A stretch of 64,000 nt of DNA from an uncultured delta proteobacterium. Its GTDB lineage: Bacteria; Desulfobacterota; Binatia; UBA9968. Of this stretch, positions 29,224 through 40,270 are shown one piece after another. The stretch lies in NCBI GenBank assembly GCA_963737905.1, contig CAVTUQ010000007.1, positions 1 through 64,000 of the forward strand, read 5' to 3'. The notes beneath the pieces were generated by a model that searched no databases, had not been told where the DNA came from, and saw only the letters and a program-made list of their open reading frames with translations. Made by a program: the position numbers and the translations under genes. How positions within the stretch are numbered: the stretch's first letter is position 1; the number at the start of each line of letters is the position of its first letter.

Positions 29224-29793
29224 ATGTGGTTATTGTTTTGTCTTATTTTCGTTGGTTTGTCAGTAAACCAGGCGGTCGGGCAGGAAAAAAAGCCGGCCGA
29301 TAGACCCAACGCGGTCGTGACCCGGGAAGCTTCCATAACCGCTACGGTGGAAGCGATCGATTACGACAAGCGCACCGTCGATCTGAAGGGACCCAAGGGC
29401 AATGTTGTCACGCTCAAGGTCGGTCCGGAGGCGAAGAACTTCAACCAGGTCAAGACCGGAGATCGGGTGACGGCCAAGTATTTTGAGGCAACCGCCATTC
29501 AAGTACGCAAGCCCAATGAGCCGCCCTTCACCGAACAGCAATCATCCGTGCAAGTGGCGCCCAAGGGAGGGACCCCGGGGGGCGTCGCCGTGGAGACCAG
29601 TGAGATGACCGCTGTGGTTGACGCTATCAATTATAAGACGCGCATGGTGACTTTGCGCGGACCGCAGCAGAAGACCGTTACCTTGAAAGTGGGTGATAGC
29701 GTGAAGCGATTAAACGAAGTTAAGAAGGGTGATGAAATCGTCGTCCGGCGCACGGAAGCGCTGGCCATCGACGTCAAGCCGGCGAAGAAATAG
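29224..29793 (+). CDS. Hypothetical exported protein with two similar beta-rich repeats
   Basis: GGAGG RBS, signal peptide, duplicated ATVEAIDY..TVxLKGP / AVVDAINY..VTLRGP. Confidence 0.75.
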   Translation: MWLLFCLIFVGLSVNQAVGQEKKPADRPNAVVTREASITATVEAIDYDKRTVDLKGPKGNVVTLKVGPEAKNFNQVKTGDRVTAKYFEATAIQVRKPNEPPFTEQQSSVQVAPKGGTPGGVAVETSEMTAVVDAINYKTRMVTLRGPQQKTVTLKVGDSVKRLNEVKKGDEIVVRRTEALAIDVKPAKK

Positions 29794-30242
29794 ATAACTG
29801 GGTTCCCATTACTGTCCGAGTAAAGCAGGACTAGAGCGACACGGAGATCACCCTCGTCGCGCCGGATACGTTCGCGCTTCTTCCTGCCGGCGGTAGTTCA
29901 AACGACAACGATCGAGATCCTGGGTATCCCCAGCTCGCCTAGCGCGAGTAGCCGGGCCGCACGTCGACGAACTATTTCTACTCTCGATGCATCAATCGCT
30001 AAATGAGCGAGTCATGAGCGTTGCACGGGTTATATGCCAACGGAAGTTCAGCCCCTCTTGTAGATTGCAAATACGTCTGTCCTGAGTTCATCGAAGGAGC
30101 GAACAGTGCTCACATCGAAATGATTGAGCCTTTCCGTTCGTGTTCGTCGAAGCATTCCGAACTTTTTTCAGATGCCTGTTGATTAAATGTCGATATTCGC
30201 TGTTTACTGATCCCCTAATATCCACACAAGAAAGGCTCGCCT

Positions 30243-30836
30243 ATGAAACAGTTCATTGAATTCGTTGCGAAGGCGTTCGTCACCGGCTTGCTCATCCTCG
30301 TTCCGGTTTACCTCGCCGTTTTGCTGTTACTCAAGGCGATGCAATCGTTAGTGGGTTTTGTACGGCCATTCGCCATGTTGCTCCCAGAATGGTTCCCCGC
30401 TGAACACGTTCTCTCGCTTCTCCTTGTCTTGATTGTCTGTTTCCTCATCGGTGTTGCCGTTCGCACGCCTGCGGGGCGAGAGATCCGGGAACGAATCGAG
30501 AAGTCTCTTTTCGAAAGAATACCGGGCTACGCGCTCTTTCGAAGTCTGACGCAACGACTGGCGGGAAAGGATGATGAGGAAAACGTCTGGAAGCCCGCGC
30601 TGGTCGAGATTGAAGAGGCCCTAGTCCCCGCGTTCATTATCGAAGAATTCGCCGACGGGCGCTTCACGGTTTTCGTGCCCTCGGTGCCCACGCCCTTCGC
30701 CGGCGCCGTCTATGTTCTCACCCCGGAGCGGGTGCATCCCCTGGATGTCCCTTTCACCGAGGCGCTCAAGTCAGTCTCCCGGTGGGGATCAGGTTCAAAG
30801 GACCTTGTCGCAGCAATGAAACCGAGAGCTCTATAA
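30243..30836 (+). CDS. DUF502-family membrane protein
   Basis: GLLILVP, RIPGY, TVFVPSVPTPFAG. Confidence 0.82.
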   Translation: MKQFIEFVAKAFVTGLLILVPVYLAVLLLLKAMQSLVGFVRPFAMLLPEWFPAEHVLSLLLVLIVCFLIGVAVRTPAGREIRERIEKSLFERIPGYALFRSLTQRLAGKDDEENVWKPALVEIEEALVPAFIIEEFADGRFTVFVPSVPTPFAGAVYVLTPERVHPLDVPFTEALKSVSRWGSGSKDLVAAMKPRAL

Positions 30837-30985
30837 AATAGGAACAGATTGTTTCTCCCTGCATGCCGGCGTTGTATCTGGTTCCTCGCGCAGTGGGCGC
30901 GTGAGCGCAACGCGCGGCGAGGTTGTCGGAAGAGATCAGGAAGTCATTGCGAGCAACTTCGGTTTGATAAGATAGAGTCAAAGCC

Positions 30986-31327
30986 ATGGAGTGTGTTGTT
31001 AGGACGATAGGAGCTGTCGTCAAAGTGAGTTTTGCTGCGGTAGCCTTGGCGGCAATCTTGAGTTGCTCCCAAGCCAACATGGAAACAGAGCAGAAATGGC
31101 TGAGCTTTCGCTGTCCGGACGGGCAAACGGTGATGGCTCAGTTCCACCTGCCAGAAGACCAATTTGTCAACGTTCGTTTCGCTGGCCGCGAGATGCGGCT
31201 GCCGCACGTGATCTCGGGCTCGGGCGCACGCTACAGCGACGGCAAGACAACTTTTTGGAATAAGGGCAGAAGTGTGCTGCTGGAAGCCGATGATAAAATC
31301 GTGGTCCAAGATTGCATGTTGCAGTGA
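30986..31327 (+). CDS. MliC/PliC-family lysozyme inhibitor lipoprotein
   Basis: Lipobox-like ILSC; LPHVISGSGARYSDGKTTFWNKG; two Cys. Confidence 0.85.
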   Translation: MECVVRTIGAVVKVSFAAVALAAILSCSQANMETEQKWLSFRCPDGQTVMAQFHLPEDQFVNVRFAGREMRLPHVISGSGARYSDGKTTFWNKGRSVLLEADDKIVVQDCMLQ

Positions 31328-31726
31328 GAGCTGGGGTTCTTTGCCGGGCGAAATGAACGTCGAAAAGCTCGGACATGGCGCGTTTCTGCCGCGCCGCCTC
31401 ACAATTGAGTTGAGCTATGCCCGGTCGTCGATCTTAAGGGTCGTCTCCATATGGAAAACCATGACGGTCATATGCCAACGACCGGGAGAGTGTTCGGATG
31501 AGGCTAGCTCCAATTGCGGAACGAGATTAATTCCGCTAAAAAAGTAGGACCTTCAGCATTTCCCCTAAGGAATTTGGCGTCACTAAATCAGAGACCGCCG
31601 GATGGTGAGGCCATACTCAGTTTGTTAGGGTGCTTCGAAGAAAAAACTGGAAAGGGAAAATAGCAGCATAGTTACCCGGACTTTGGGCGCAACGAATCCG
31701 CTAGTATAGCTCTTCGTCACTCTTAG

Positions 31727-33683
31727 ATGCCGATGTTTCAAGCTTGCCGCCTGCATAATTTTCAAATGATGAAACCAGTTGCTAAAAAAGCCAAAGCCAT
31801 TGGCGTGCGGCTCGCTAAATGCCCAATGCTCTATTTGGGTATCCTCGTGCTCATGGCATGGGGCTGCGCCACGCCGATAGGTGTGGATTACGTCGACCGC
31901 AGTGTCGCCTATCAGTCGCTCACGGCCAATGTGCTTTCCGCCGAAAAACCGAGCTCATTTTCAGCGCGGGAGCTGGTGAATCTCAACTTGTATCAGCGCT
32001 TCGAGGACGATCCGGTGGGCGCTTTGGCGGAGCTGCACGCGGGTTTGGCAGCCACGGGGGACGAGGATCGTATCTTCGCGCTGGCCGAGCTTTCGTTTTT
32101 CTACGCAGATAACAGTGGCGACCGGTCCTACTATTTGGCCGCTGCCGTCTACGCCTATGCCTTTCTGATGCCCGGACAACATGGAACGCCGCCAAAGGGA
32201 ATCGACCCACGATTGAGATGGGCGGCGGATATCTACAATCAGGCACTCACCCAGGCCGCAAAGTCGCACGATGGCGCCTACGTCATGCCCATGGGCGGTA
32301 CATTTAAACTACCCTTCGGTGAGCTTACGGTCACCTTCGACGAAGCGGATCTGATCTGGGCCGACTATCGAATGAAGGATTTTATCCCGGCTGCTGACGT
32401 CGAGGTACGCGGCCTACGCAATCGCTATCGCACCCCAGGCATTGGCGCACCGCTCGCCGCGTCAATTGAGCCGATTGGGACCACCACCACCAAACAGGAC
32501 GCCTATATTCCATTGCGAATGAAGATTCCTGTCACGGCGTTTCTTCGTCTCGACGATCCGCGCGGGGCGCTCAAGTCCGGGAAGCTAAAGGGCGATCTGG
32601 AATTCTATACCCCGGATTCGGCAAGGTCGATCAAAGTCAACGGCGTCGAGGTCCCTATCGAATTCGAAACGACTACTGCCCTTGCCTTGCAGTTGGAAGG
32701 AGCCCCCGTTTGGGACTTTGAGATCGCGGGCTTTCGCTCCGGTGATTTCACTATCGGTCAGCAAAGGCTAGGACTCTACATGCTTCGTCCGCATCAAACC
32801 GGACGCATCCCAGTCGTGCTGGTGCATGGAACGGCCTCGAGCCCGGCGCGATGGGCCGAACTGATCAACGAGTTGGAGAATGACCCCCGGTTCTGGGAGC
32901 ACTATGAGTTCTGGCTTTTCATATACAACACGGGAAATCCCATCGCTTATTCGGGAATGCTTTTGCGCGACGCTCTGACAACAGCGGTGACCGATCTCGA
33001 TCCCGAGGGAAAAGATCCTGCACTCAAACAAATGGTCGTGATCGGGCACAGCCAGGGAGGCTTGCTCACGAAGATGACGGTCATCGATACCGGCATGCGT
33101 CTCTGGCCTTTTAGCGTTCCACCGGACCAGCTCAACGTTAGCGCTGAAACCCGAGATCTTCTAGTCAATGCGTTGATCTTCAAGCCGCTGCCGTTTGTTA
33201 AGAGGGTGGTGTTTATCGCCACGCCGCACCAGCGGCAGCTACCAGGCGCTCGGTTACCTCGGCCGGCTGGGTTCCTGGTTCGTGAATTTGCCGGGCCGTT
33301 TCGTCAAGCTGAATGTCGACCTAATGACCTTGCAAACCAAGGGACTCTATATGGGCACTGTCGGCGGAATCCCGACGAGTATTACCAATATGACTCCAGG
33401 AAATCCTTTTATCAAAAACCTAGCCTCCGTTCCGATTGCATACGGCGTCGTGGCGCATTCGATTATCGCCGTGGACAGTGATGGCTCTCTCGAGGACGCG
33501 GGGGATGGAGTCGTGAAATACACAAGCGCGCATATCGAGGGAGTTGAGTCGGAGAAGATCGTCCACTCCAGTCACTCAGTACAAGGCAATCCTGAAGCGA
33601 TCCAGGAGGTCAAACGCATTCTGATCGAGCATGCACGAGGATTGTCCGCACCACAAAGAGCTGGCATCTCGAACTCAAAATAG
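31727..33683 (+). CDS. Alpha/beta-hydrolase (esterase/lipase-like) lipoprotein, frameshift near 33230; start may be ~31826
   Basis: PVVLVHG, GHSQGG nucleophile elbow, FIATPH(R)GS, GDGVV..SAH. Confidence 0.85.
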
Positions 33684-33819
33684 GATAGAAAGCAAGATCT
33701 CGGTGCGGGAGGGGGAGGAATTGGACTTTAATCAAATCATGCAAACAGTCATGGTAATTCTCCCGCCGATTAAAGCGGGTGATTTCGTTACGGCCGGAAG
33801 GGTCAGAAAGCGAGCGATT

Positions 33820-35793
33820 ATGCCGGACTACAATGGAAATAACTTTCGGTTAACCGGGATCCGGTTATTCGACCAAGGGTCCAAGCAACAATTCCCTCTC
33901 AACTTGCGGGAGAGGGTTAGGGTGAGGGGGCGCTACGCGCAGGCGGCTTGGTTCTGCCGGTTGTGCTTGGTGGTAGGAGCCCTGGTCGTCTGTGGTTTCG
34001 CTGCCGGCGCGATCGCTGCCGAGGCGACGGGACCAGCGGCGGAAGTGTCAAAAGTGGCTCTGCCCAAAGAAGCGGCGCTGGTGGTTTGGGACCAACCCAT
34101 CACGGTGTTCCGATCCTCTGTCGCTGGACTCAACCCGCAAGAGCGAGCGGCACAGGCTGCGGAGCGCATTCAGGCTTTGCCCCTTGGAAGCGAGTCCGCC
34201 GAGATCAAATTCGATCCGGAGAAAATCGGCGCCGCAGAGGGTGTAGCTCTTAAGGTCAACTCCGATCCGTTGTTTTTCCTGACGGCAGGAGATCTGGCCC
34301 CCGATTCAAAGCAGACGTTAAACGCTGAGGCTCAAAGGGCGGTGACCTCATTGCGGGCGGCCTTCCGTGCGCGGGTGGATCAAACTCGGTGGAGCAACCT
34401 TTTAATGAGCGTGGCTCGTGTACTGATCGCAACGGTACTCTTGTTGGCCCTCATGTGGGTGTGGCGGCGGATTAGGATAGGGCTGCTCAAGGCTTTGGAA
34501 ACGACGGCTTTGTTGCCGGAGAGATACCTGCGCCTGTTTGCCGTGGATCTCCGCATGCATATTCTTCAGGGGGGGCGGGCTGCGATTCGTTTGATTTCCG
34601 CCGTCATGGTTTTGCTGCTGGGCTATTGGTGGTTTGTGTACTCTCTGGAGCAATTCTCGCTCACCGCCTCTCTTGGCGAAAACCTTGAAGCGTTTCTGGT
34701 CCAGTTGTTCTTGAACTTCGGCCGCGGAGCGCTGGCAGCCATCCCGGGGCTGGTTGCGGTGGCCATCATCATCCTGATCGCTCGATGGTGTGTTCGGGTA
34801 GTCAACACTTTTTTCAGGGAGATTGAAAAAGGCACGCTTTCGCTGCCCTGGCTGGAAAGAGAAACGGCGCGAACGACGCGGACGTTATTGATCGTTGTTG
34901 TTTGGGTCTTTGCTCTCGTCGTGGCCTATCCCTATATACCCGGCTCCGACACGGCCGCGTTCAAGGGTTTGAGCGTCATCATCGGACTCATGATTACCCT
35001 CGGTTCAACCGGGCTCATCAACCAGATCATCAGCGGCTTGTTCGTCACCTATTCAAAAAGCGTCAGGTCCGGCGATTATGTGCGCATCGGCGACATCGAG
35101 GGCGAAGTCATCAGCGTTGGGTCCCTGGCAACCAAGTTGAAAACCCCTAGACAGGAGGAAATTACCCTTCCTCACTCGGTGCTGGTGGGGAGTGCCACGA
35201 CAAACTACAGCCGTTTGGCAGGGGAGCAGGGAATGGTCGTGACAGTTTCGGCAACCATTGGCTACGATGTTCCGTGGCGTCAAGTTCACGAGCTTTTGCT
35301 TTTGGGGGCGTCGCGAACGCCGGGCATCCGCAAGGAGCCGGTGCCGCGGGTCCTGCAGCGGGAGCTGTCTGATTTTTACGTTCAGTATCAATTATTGGCG
35401 CATCTGGAAGATGACGCGAACCGCGCGGCAGTTCTCTCCGAGTTGCACGCACAGATCCAAGACGCATTCAACGAGTACGGCGTCCAGATCATGTCGCCGC
35501 ACTTCGAATCGCAGCCGAAGAAGCCGGTTTTCGTGCCAAAATCTGCGTGGTATGCCCCGCCCGTACCCCAATCGCTTCCTGACATAACGGTCGATCTAAG
35601 TGAAGCGGAACCGAGAGCATCGGCCCCAAGTGAAGTCCAGGCCAGAGAAGTCGAGGCTAGAGAAATCGAGCCGAGAGAAAATGTGAACCCAGAGCCAGCG
35701 GCCAGACCTAGATCACCTTTAGCGGTCGGCAAAGGCGAACGTAAGCGTCCTGTGTCTCCTCGCAATACCAGGCCAAAGCCACCGAATATCTAG
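33820..35793 (+). CDS. Mechanosensitive ion channel (MscS family); start uncertain
   Basis: PYIPGS..AFKG, GDYVRIGDIEGEV, IGYDVPWRQV, IQDAFNEYGVQIMSPHF. Confidence 0.88.
   Translation: MPDYNGNNFRLTGIRLFDQGSKQQFPLNLRERVRVRGRYAQAAWFCRLCLVVGALVVCGFAAGAIAAEATGPAAEVSKVALPKEAALVVWDQPITVFRSSVAGLNPQERAAQAAERIQALPLGSESAEIKFDPEKIGAAEGVALKVNSDPLFFLTAGDLAPDSKQTLNAEAQRAVTSLRAAFRARVDQTRWSNLLMSVARVLIATVLLLALMWVWRRIRIGLLKALETTALLPERYLRLFAVDLRMHILQGGRAAIRLISAVMVLLLGYWWFVYSLEQFSLTASLGENLEAFLVQLFLNFGRGALAAIPGLVAVAIIILIARWCVRVVNTFFREIEKGTLSLPWLERETARTTRTLLIVVVWVFALVVAYPYIPGSDTAAFKGLSVIIGLMITLGSTGLINQIISGLFVTYSKSVRSGDYVRIGDIEGEVISVGSLATKLKTPRQEEITLPHSVLVGSATTNYSRLAGEQGMVVTVSATIGYDVPWRQVHELLLLGASRTPGIRKEPVPRVLQRELSDFYVQYQLLAHLEDDANRAAVLSELHAQIQDAFNEYGVQIMSPHFESQPKKPVFVPKSAWYAPPVPQSLPDITVDLSEAEPRASAPSEVQAREVEAREIEPRENVNPEPAARPRSPLAVGKGERKRPVSPRNTRPKPPNI
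33893..33930 (+). repeat. CCCTCTC...GAGAGGG-TTAGGGTGAGGGG palindromic repeat unit
   Basis: ttccctctcaacttgcgggagagggttagggtgagggg: stem CCCTCTC/GAGAGGG. Confidence 0.7.
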
Positions 35794-35867
35794 CGCTGCA
35801 GGCGGTCAGTTCCGGCTGGATTCCAAATGGATAGGTGTTTAGAGCCGAGAAGGAAAGGAAAAGACAT

Positions 35868-36791
35868 ATGAAAAAAATATTATTGGCGCTGGTCCTCTCT
35901 TGCTATGCGCACACGGCATGGGCGTTCACCATTGCCACCGGACCGAGCGACGGTAGCTATTTTCAAATCGCGCAGGACATCAAGAATGTCGCGGGGAAGG
36001 AAGGCATCGACCTTCAGGTCATGGCCACCAAAGGTTCGCTCGAAAACCTCGAGCTTTTAAGGAGCGGTAAAGCGGACCTGGCGATCGTTCAGTTGGATGC
36101 TCTAAGATTCATTTCCGATGTCGCCAAGCAAGACCAGGGTTTGGATGTCTTCGACAAAATCAAAGTCGTGCTGAATCTTTACCCGGAAGAGATCCATATC
36201 CTCACTAACAAAAAAGACATTCAGACTTTTTATAACTTGGAGGGAAAGCGGGTTTCGGTCGGACCCCCGGGAGGAGGTACCGCCGTTACGGCCGCGGTGT
36301 TATTTAACGTCTATGACATCAAATCGACCGTCTCTGAGGAACCTTTTGAGGATGCGATCAAGAAGATGGATCAGGGTAGCCTGGATGCGGTGATCTTTGT
36401 CGGCGGCGCCCCGGTTCCTTTCATAGGAAAATTAGACAATCGATTTCACTTTGTCCGGCTTCCCACGAGCCCGATTCTGGATCAGATCTATTTGCGAATT
36501 GCACTGGGAAAGCAACAATACGGTTGGGCCGGGGCGGATACGGAGACGTACGCTGTGCCTGCTGCAATTATGGGATTGGACAAACGGGATGAAAAATACG
36601 TGACCCAGATGCAGCAGATGGTTTTCGCTATTTTGAACAATCGCGAATTTCTGGAAGCCAAAGGTCATCCCAAGTGGAAAAGCTCGATCATTCGAACCTA
36701 TTTTCCCTACCGAGGCTATGAGCCGACCAATCAGGTGATCCAGATTTTTAACATGCTCGATAAGCAAGGATACAAAGTGATAAAGAAGTAA
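35868..36791 (+). CDS. TAXI-family TRAP solute receptor
   Basis: TIATGPSDGSY, TKGSLENL, LYPEEIH, LEGKRVSVG. Confidence 0.88.
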   Translation: MKKILLALVLSCYAHTAWAFTIATGPSDGSYFQIAQDIKNVAGKEGIDLQVMATKGSLENLELLRSGKADLAIVQLDALRFISDVAKQDQGLDVFDKIKVVLNLYPEEIHILTNKKDIQTFYNLEGKRVSVGPPGGGTAVTAAVLFNVYDIKSTVSEEPFEDAIKKMDQGSLDAVIFVGGAPVPFIGKLDNRFHFVRLPTSPILDQIYLRIALGKQQYGWAGADTETYAVPAAIMGLDKRDEKYVTQMQQMVFAILNNREFLEAKGHPKWKSSIIRTYFPYRGYEPTNQVIQIFNMLDKQGYKVIKK

Positions 36792-36889
36792 AGCTACCTA
36801 TCAAGCGTGCTGAGTTGCTATCGAAAATAGTCCTGCCATCAGCAAGCGTCTGCGTTGTGAATTCAACAACGAGCCCGTAGGAGGAAAAC

Positions 36890-37810
36890 GTGAAGGAGTT
36901 GTGGTTTGCAATCATTATAATTTTCTATGCCGATCTTGGATCTGCCTTGACGATCGCGACGGGGCCCAGCGATGGAACTTACATTCAGATCGGGCGAGAT
37001 ATTCAAAGGGTAGCGCAGAAGGATGGCATCAAGGTGGAAGTTCTCACGACCCAAGGGTCCTTTGAGAATATGGTCCTCTTGGGAGACCAAAAGGTCGATC
37101 TTGCGATTGCCCAAATCGATGCCCTGGGTTTTTTCGCTAAAGTAATGAAACCGCAGGGCATTGATGTGTTTGGCGCGATTCGGGTCATACTCAATCTCTA
37201 CCCCGAGGAAATCCATGTCCTGACGAATAATTCGGCAATCAATTCCTTCCTGCAGCTTCAGGGCAAGAAGGTTTCTTTCGGGCCTAAAAATGGCGGCAGC
37301 GCGTTGACGGGAGAAGTCTTGATCGAGGCCTACGGGATGCAAGTGGAAAAACTCTACCTTGATCCCAAGGATGCCCTCGATGGATTAAGGAAAAAGCAGT
37401 TGGATGGGATGATCTTTGTCAGCGGTGCGCCGGTGCCGCTATTCAAAAACTTGGGCAGCGGATTTCGATTCGTCGATCTACCGAGAAATGAATCTCTGGA
37501 AAATGTTTACAGCCGGAAAACCCTCGACCGTGCCGTTTACGATTGGGCTATCCCAACGGAAACCTATAGTGTCTTTTCCGTCCTCATGGGTCGCGACACT
37601 AAGGATCAACTCTATGCGCAAAACGTACAGCGGCTCGTCCTTTCGGTCCTTAGCAACCAAGACCAGCTGAGAGCGTCCGGACACGAAAAGTGGAAGTCCT
37701 CGGCCATCAATAATCCGTTGAAGTATCAGGGCTACGGCCCCGCCAACGATGCTATTAGCCTATATCATCAGCTAGTGTCCCTCGGATACAAGATTTACCG
37801 GCCGCAGTAA
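36890..37810 (+). CDS. TAXI-family TRAP solute receptor (tandem paralog)
   Basis: TIATGPSDGTY, TQGSFEN, LYPEEIH, GHEKW. Confidence 0.88.
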   Translation: MKELWFAIIIIFYADLGSALTIATGPSDGTYIQIGRDIQRVAQKDGIKVEVLTTQGSFENMVLLGDQKVDLAIAQIDALGFFAKVMKPQGIDVFGAIRVILNLYPEEIHVLTNNSAINSFLQLQGKKVSFGPKNGGSALTGEVLIEAYGMQVEKLYLDPKDALDGLRKKQLDGMIFVSGAPVPLFKNLGSGFRFVDLPRNESLENVYSRKTLDRAVYDWAIPTETYSVFSVLMGRDTKDQLYAQNVQRLVLSVLSNQDQLRASGHEKWKSSAINNPLKYQGYGPANDAISLYHQLVSLGYKIYRPQ

Positions 37811-37907
37811 CGATCGCCGCTGCGATTGACGACCATGGGCTCAGGCGACTTTATAATTACTCAAAACAATTTGCACCGGATCGGTCATTTGAATAAGATC
37901 CGGGCAC

Positions 37908-38930
37908 ATGAAAAGTGAAAATTTTAGTATTCCTTCTCGTCGCTGTTTCCTTCGATCGTCTAGCGCCAACCCTTATCTTGCCAAGCCGGGCGAGCGCCTG
38001 ACGTCGATGAGAATATCGACGTGTGCCGTTAGCGGTGGTTTCGTGCATCTCTATACGGCCCTCGACAATGGCCTGTTTGATAAGTATGGGCTGAAATTCG
38101 AGAATGTTTTTATCCGGGGCAGCGGTCCCAATCTCTCGGCGCTTGCCGGCGACGAGGTCCAGTTCACCTATTGCGCCGCCGACGCGTTGATACCCGGTTT
38201 GGCTGCGGGGATCGATGTAAAAATCATCGCCTCTCCCTTGGTGAAGCTGCCTTATGTGTTGGTGACGCGAAAAGAAATTAGGCGGCCAGAGGATCTCAGG
38301 GGAAAAGTCTTGGGTATCGCACGTGCCGGAGACTTGAGCGACCGGCTCTCGCGCGCAGTCGTTAAAAAATTTGGCATGCCGCCGGACACAGTCACGATGC
38401 GCCCCATCGGCGGCAGTCAGGGCGAGCGTTATCTGGCGATGGCGGCAGGGATCGTCGACGGCGTCATCATCACGCCGCCCCTCGATGTGCGCGCAAAAAA
38501 CGAAGGCTTCAACGTAATCTATCGCCTGATCGACCTGAACCTGCCGTTCATCTACAGCAGCCTGGAGACCAGCCACAGGATGTTGCGCGATCGTCCGGAG
38601 ATCGTCCAGCGGATGGTAGCGGCTTTCGCCGAGATCGTCCACTTCGTCGAAAAAAACCCGGACAAGGCCAAAGCCTCCATCGCCAAAGCCATGCGCACAA
38701 AGGATGAAGAGGCGCTGCAGTCCGCCTATAATACGTACGCCAAGGACATCCTCGATCGGACGATGGTCGTCCCCGGAAAAGCAGTCGCCGAAGCCGTCGA
38801 ACTCGCCCGGGAGAGCGGTACCCCCATCAGAAGAAAGCCGGAAGAGATCTACGACAACAGCTTCGTGCTCAATCTGGAAAAGAGCGGGTTTCTAAAGGAG
38901 ATCTGGGGGAGTGAGAATTACAAACGCTAG
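37908..38930 (+). CDS. ABC transporter substrate-binding protein (NitT/TauT-like); signal peptide probably frameshifted
   Basis: GLFDKYGL, DLRGKVLGI, LEKSGFLKEIWG. A hydrophobic VKILVFLLVAVS lies in another frame at ~37914. Confidence 0.85.
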   Translation: MKSENFSIPSRRCFLRSSSANPYLAKPGERLTSMRISTCAVSGGFVHLYTALDNGLFDKYGLKFENVFIRGSGPNLSALAGDEVQFTYCAADALIPGLAAGIDVKIIASPLVKLPYVLVTRKEIRRPEDLRGKVLGIARAGDLSDRLSRAVVKKFGMPPDTVTMRPIGGSQGERYLAMAAGIVDGVIITPPLDVRAKNEGFNVIYRLIDLNLPFIYSSLETSHRMLRDRPEIVQRMVAAFAEIVHFVEKNPDKAKASIAKAMRTKDEEALQSAYNTYAKDILDRTMVVPGKAVAEAVELARESGTPIRRKPEEIYDNSFVLNLEKSGFLKEIWGSENYKR

Positions 38931-39017
38931 AAGTGAATTTGTTTTTTCAATGACGAATAACCAACTCACCCTATAAGAAAAGCATAAAGGCCGTCAAAAC
39001 AAGGTTCAGGAGAAACT

Positions 39018-39296
39018 ATGACGAAGAGAATTTTGGCTCGTGGTCTCATGATCAGCATGATTTTAGGAGTGTTTGCGCTAGGTTTTCTTGTTGGAACGGT
39101 GAATCAGCGCTACGCTGACGCGCAAAAAATCCCAGGTATTGGAGACGTTTTGGACAAGGCCGGTAAGTCGGGCGGGAGTCTGGGTTCGATAACACAACTG
39201 GGTTCCTCGATCGTGGAGATGCAGGACCATGTCAACGGCTTGCAGAAAAATCTAGAGACGCTGAAAAAAGTGCAATCAGCGCTTGGCGGGAAATAG
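39018..39296 (+). CDS. Small membrane-anchored/exported hypothetical protein
   Basis: AGGAG RBS, N-terminal TM helix, C-terminal coiled coil. Confidence 0.7.
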   Translation: MTKRILARGLMISMILGVFALGFLVGTVNQRYADAQKIPGIGDVLDKAGKSGGSLGSITQLGSSIVEMQDHVNGLQKNLETLKKVQSALGGK

Positions 39297-39604
39297 CCAC
39301 AGTTTCTGACGATCCGGTAAGCCGCGCAGGTCTGCATCGCAGGCCCGCTGTTTTTAGACTCAGGCGAGGCGGAAAGAGTCGATAAAAATGAGGCGGAGGT
39401 ATGCCTGGGCAGTCGAGTCCAAGGCCAGGCGAATTTTGCTCGCTCTGTATCCCTTTGTAGGTGAACCCTATCAGCGGTCACGCCGGGTCTCTACGAAATT
39501 GCTTTAAAACCGGCAGAATGATAAATTCTCCGTAATTTAAGCTTCGGCGGGGCATAAGGTAGCGCGACAAAAGTCCGGCCCCCACTTTTCTTTCCTTATT
39601 CGAA

Positions 39605-40270
39605 GTGAAATCTCCCGATCCGATCCCCCAAGATTATCTCCGCGCTAGAGAAAAAATGGTTGAAGAGCAAATTGCTGCCCGCGGGATCAGGAATCCTCGC
39701 CTCCTCGGGGCGATGCGCAAGATACCGCGACATCTGTTTGTGGATCCAGGGCTGTTACAGCGCGCCTACGACGACAGCTCGTTGCCCATCGGTCAAAAGC
39801 AGACTCTTTCCCAGCCCTACATGGCCGCGCGGATGACCGAAGCGCTGGAACTCTCCGGCAAAGAAAGGGCTCTGGAAATTGGCACCGGTTCGGGTTACCA
39901 GACCGCACTGCTTGCCGAGCTCAGTTTTAACGTCTTTTCCGTAGAAAAGATTCGGGCGCTCGCCACAAAGGCGCGTGGGCTCTTGGATCGGCTCCAGTAT
40001 CATAATATCGCCATTCAGGTGGGTGACGGCACCATCGGGTGGCCCGAGCATTCACCCTTTGATGCGATCATGGTCACGGCCAGCGCGCCGGAACTTCCGC
40101 GGCCGCTGCTTGAACAACTCGCTCCCGGTGGCCGCTTGGTCATACCTGTCGGCGACGAACAGTCGCAGGTCCTTGTCCGGGTCAAGCGTCACGCTTCGAA
40201 GTTCGAAGAGGAACAACTGGGGGATTGTCGGTTCGTTAAATTGCGGGGGAAATTCGGTTGGCAAGAGTAA
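39605..40270 (+). CDS. pcm: Protein-L-isoaspartate O-methyltransferase
   Basis: PRHLFV, QTLSQP, LEIGTGSGYQ, GGRLVIPVG. Confidence 0.95.
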   Translation: MKSPDPIPQDYLRAREKMVEEQIAARGIRNPRLLGAMRKIPRHLFVDPGLLQRAYDDSSLPIGQKQTLSQPYMAARMTEALELSGKERALEIGTGSGYQTALLAELSFNVFSVEKIRALATKARGLLDRLQYHNIAIQVGDGTIGWPEHSPFDAIMVTASAPELPRPLLEQLAPGGRLVIPVGDEQSQVLVRVKRHASKFEEEQLGDCRFVKLRGKFGWQE

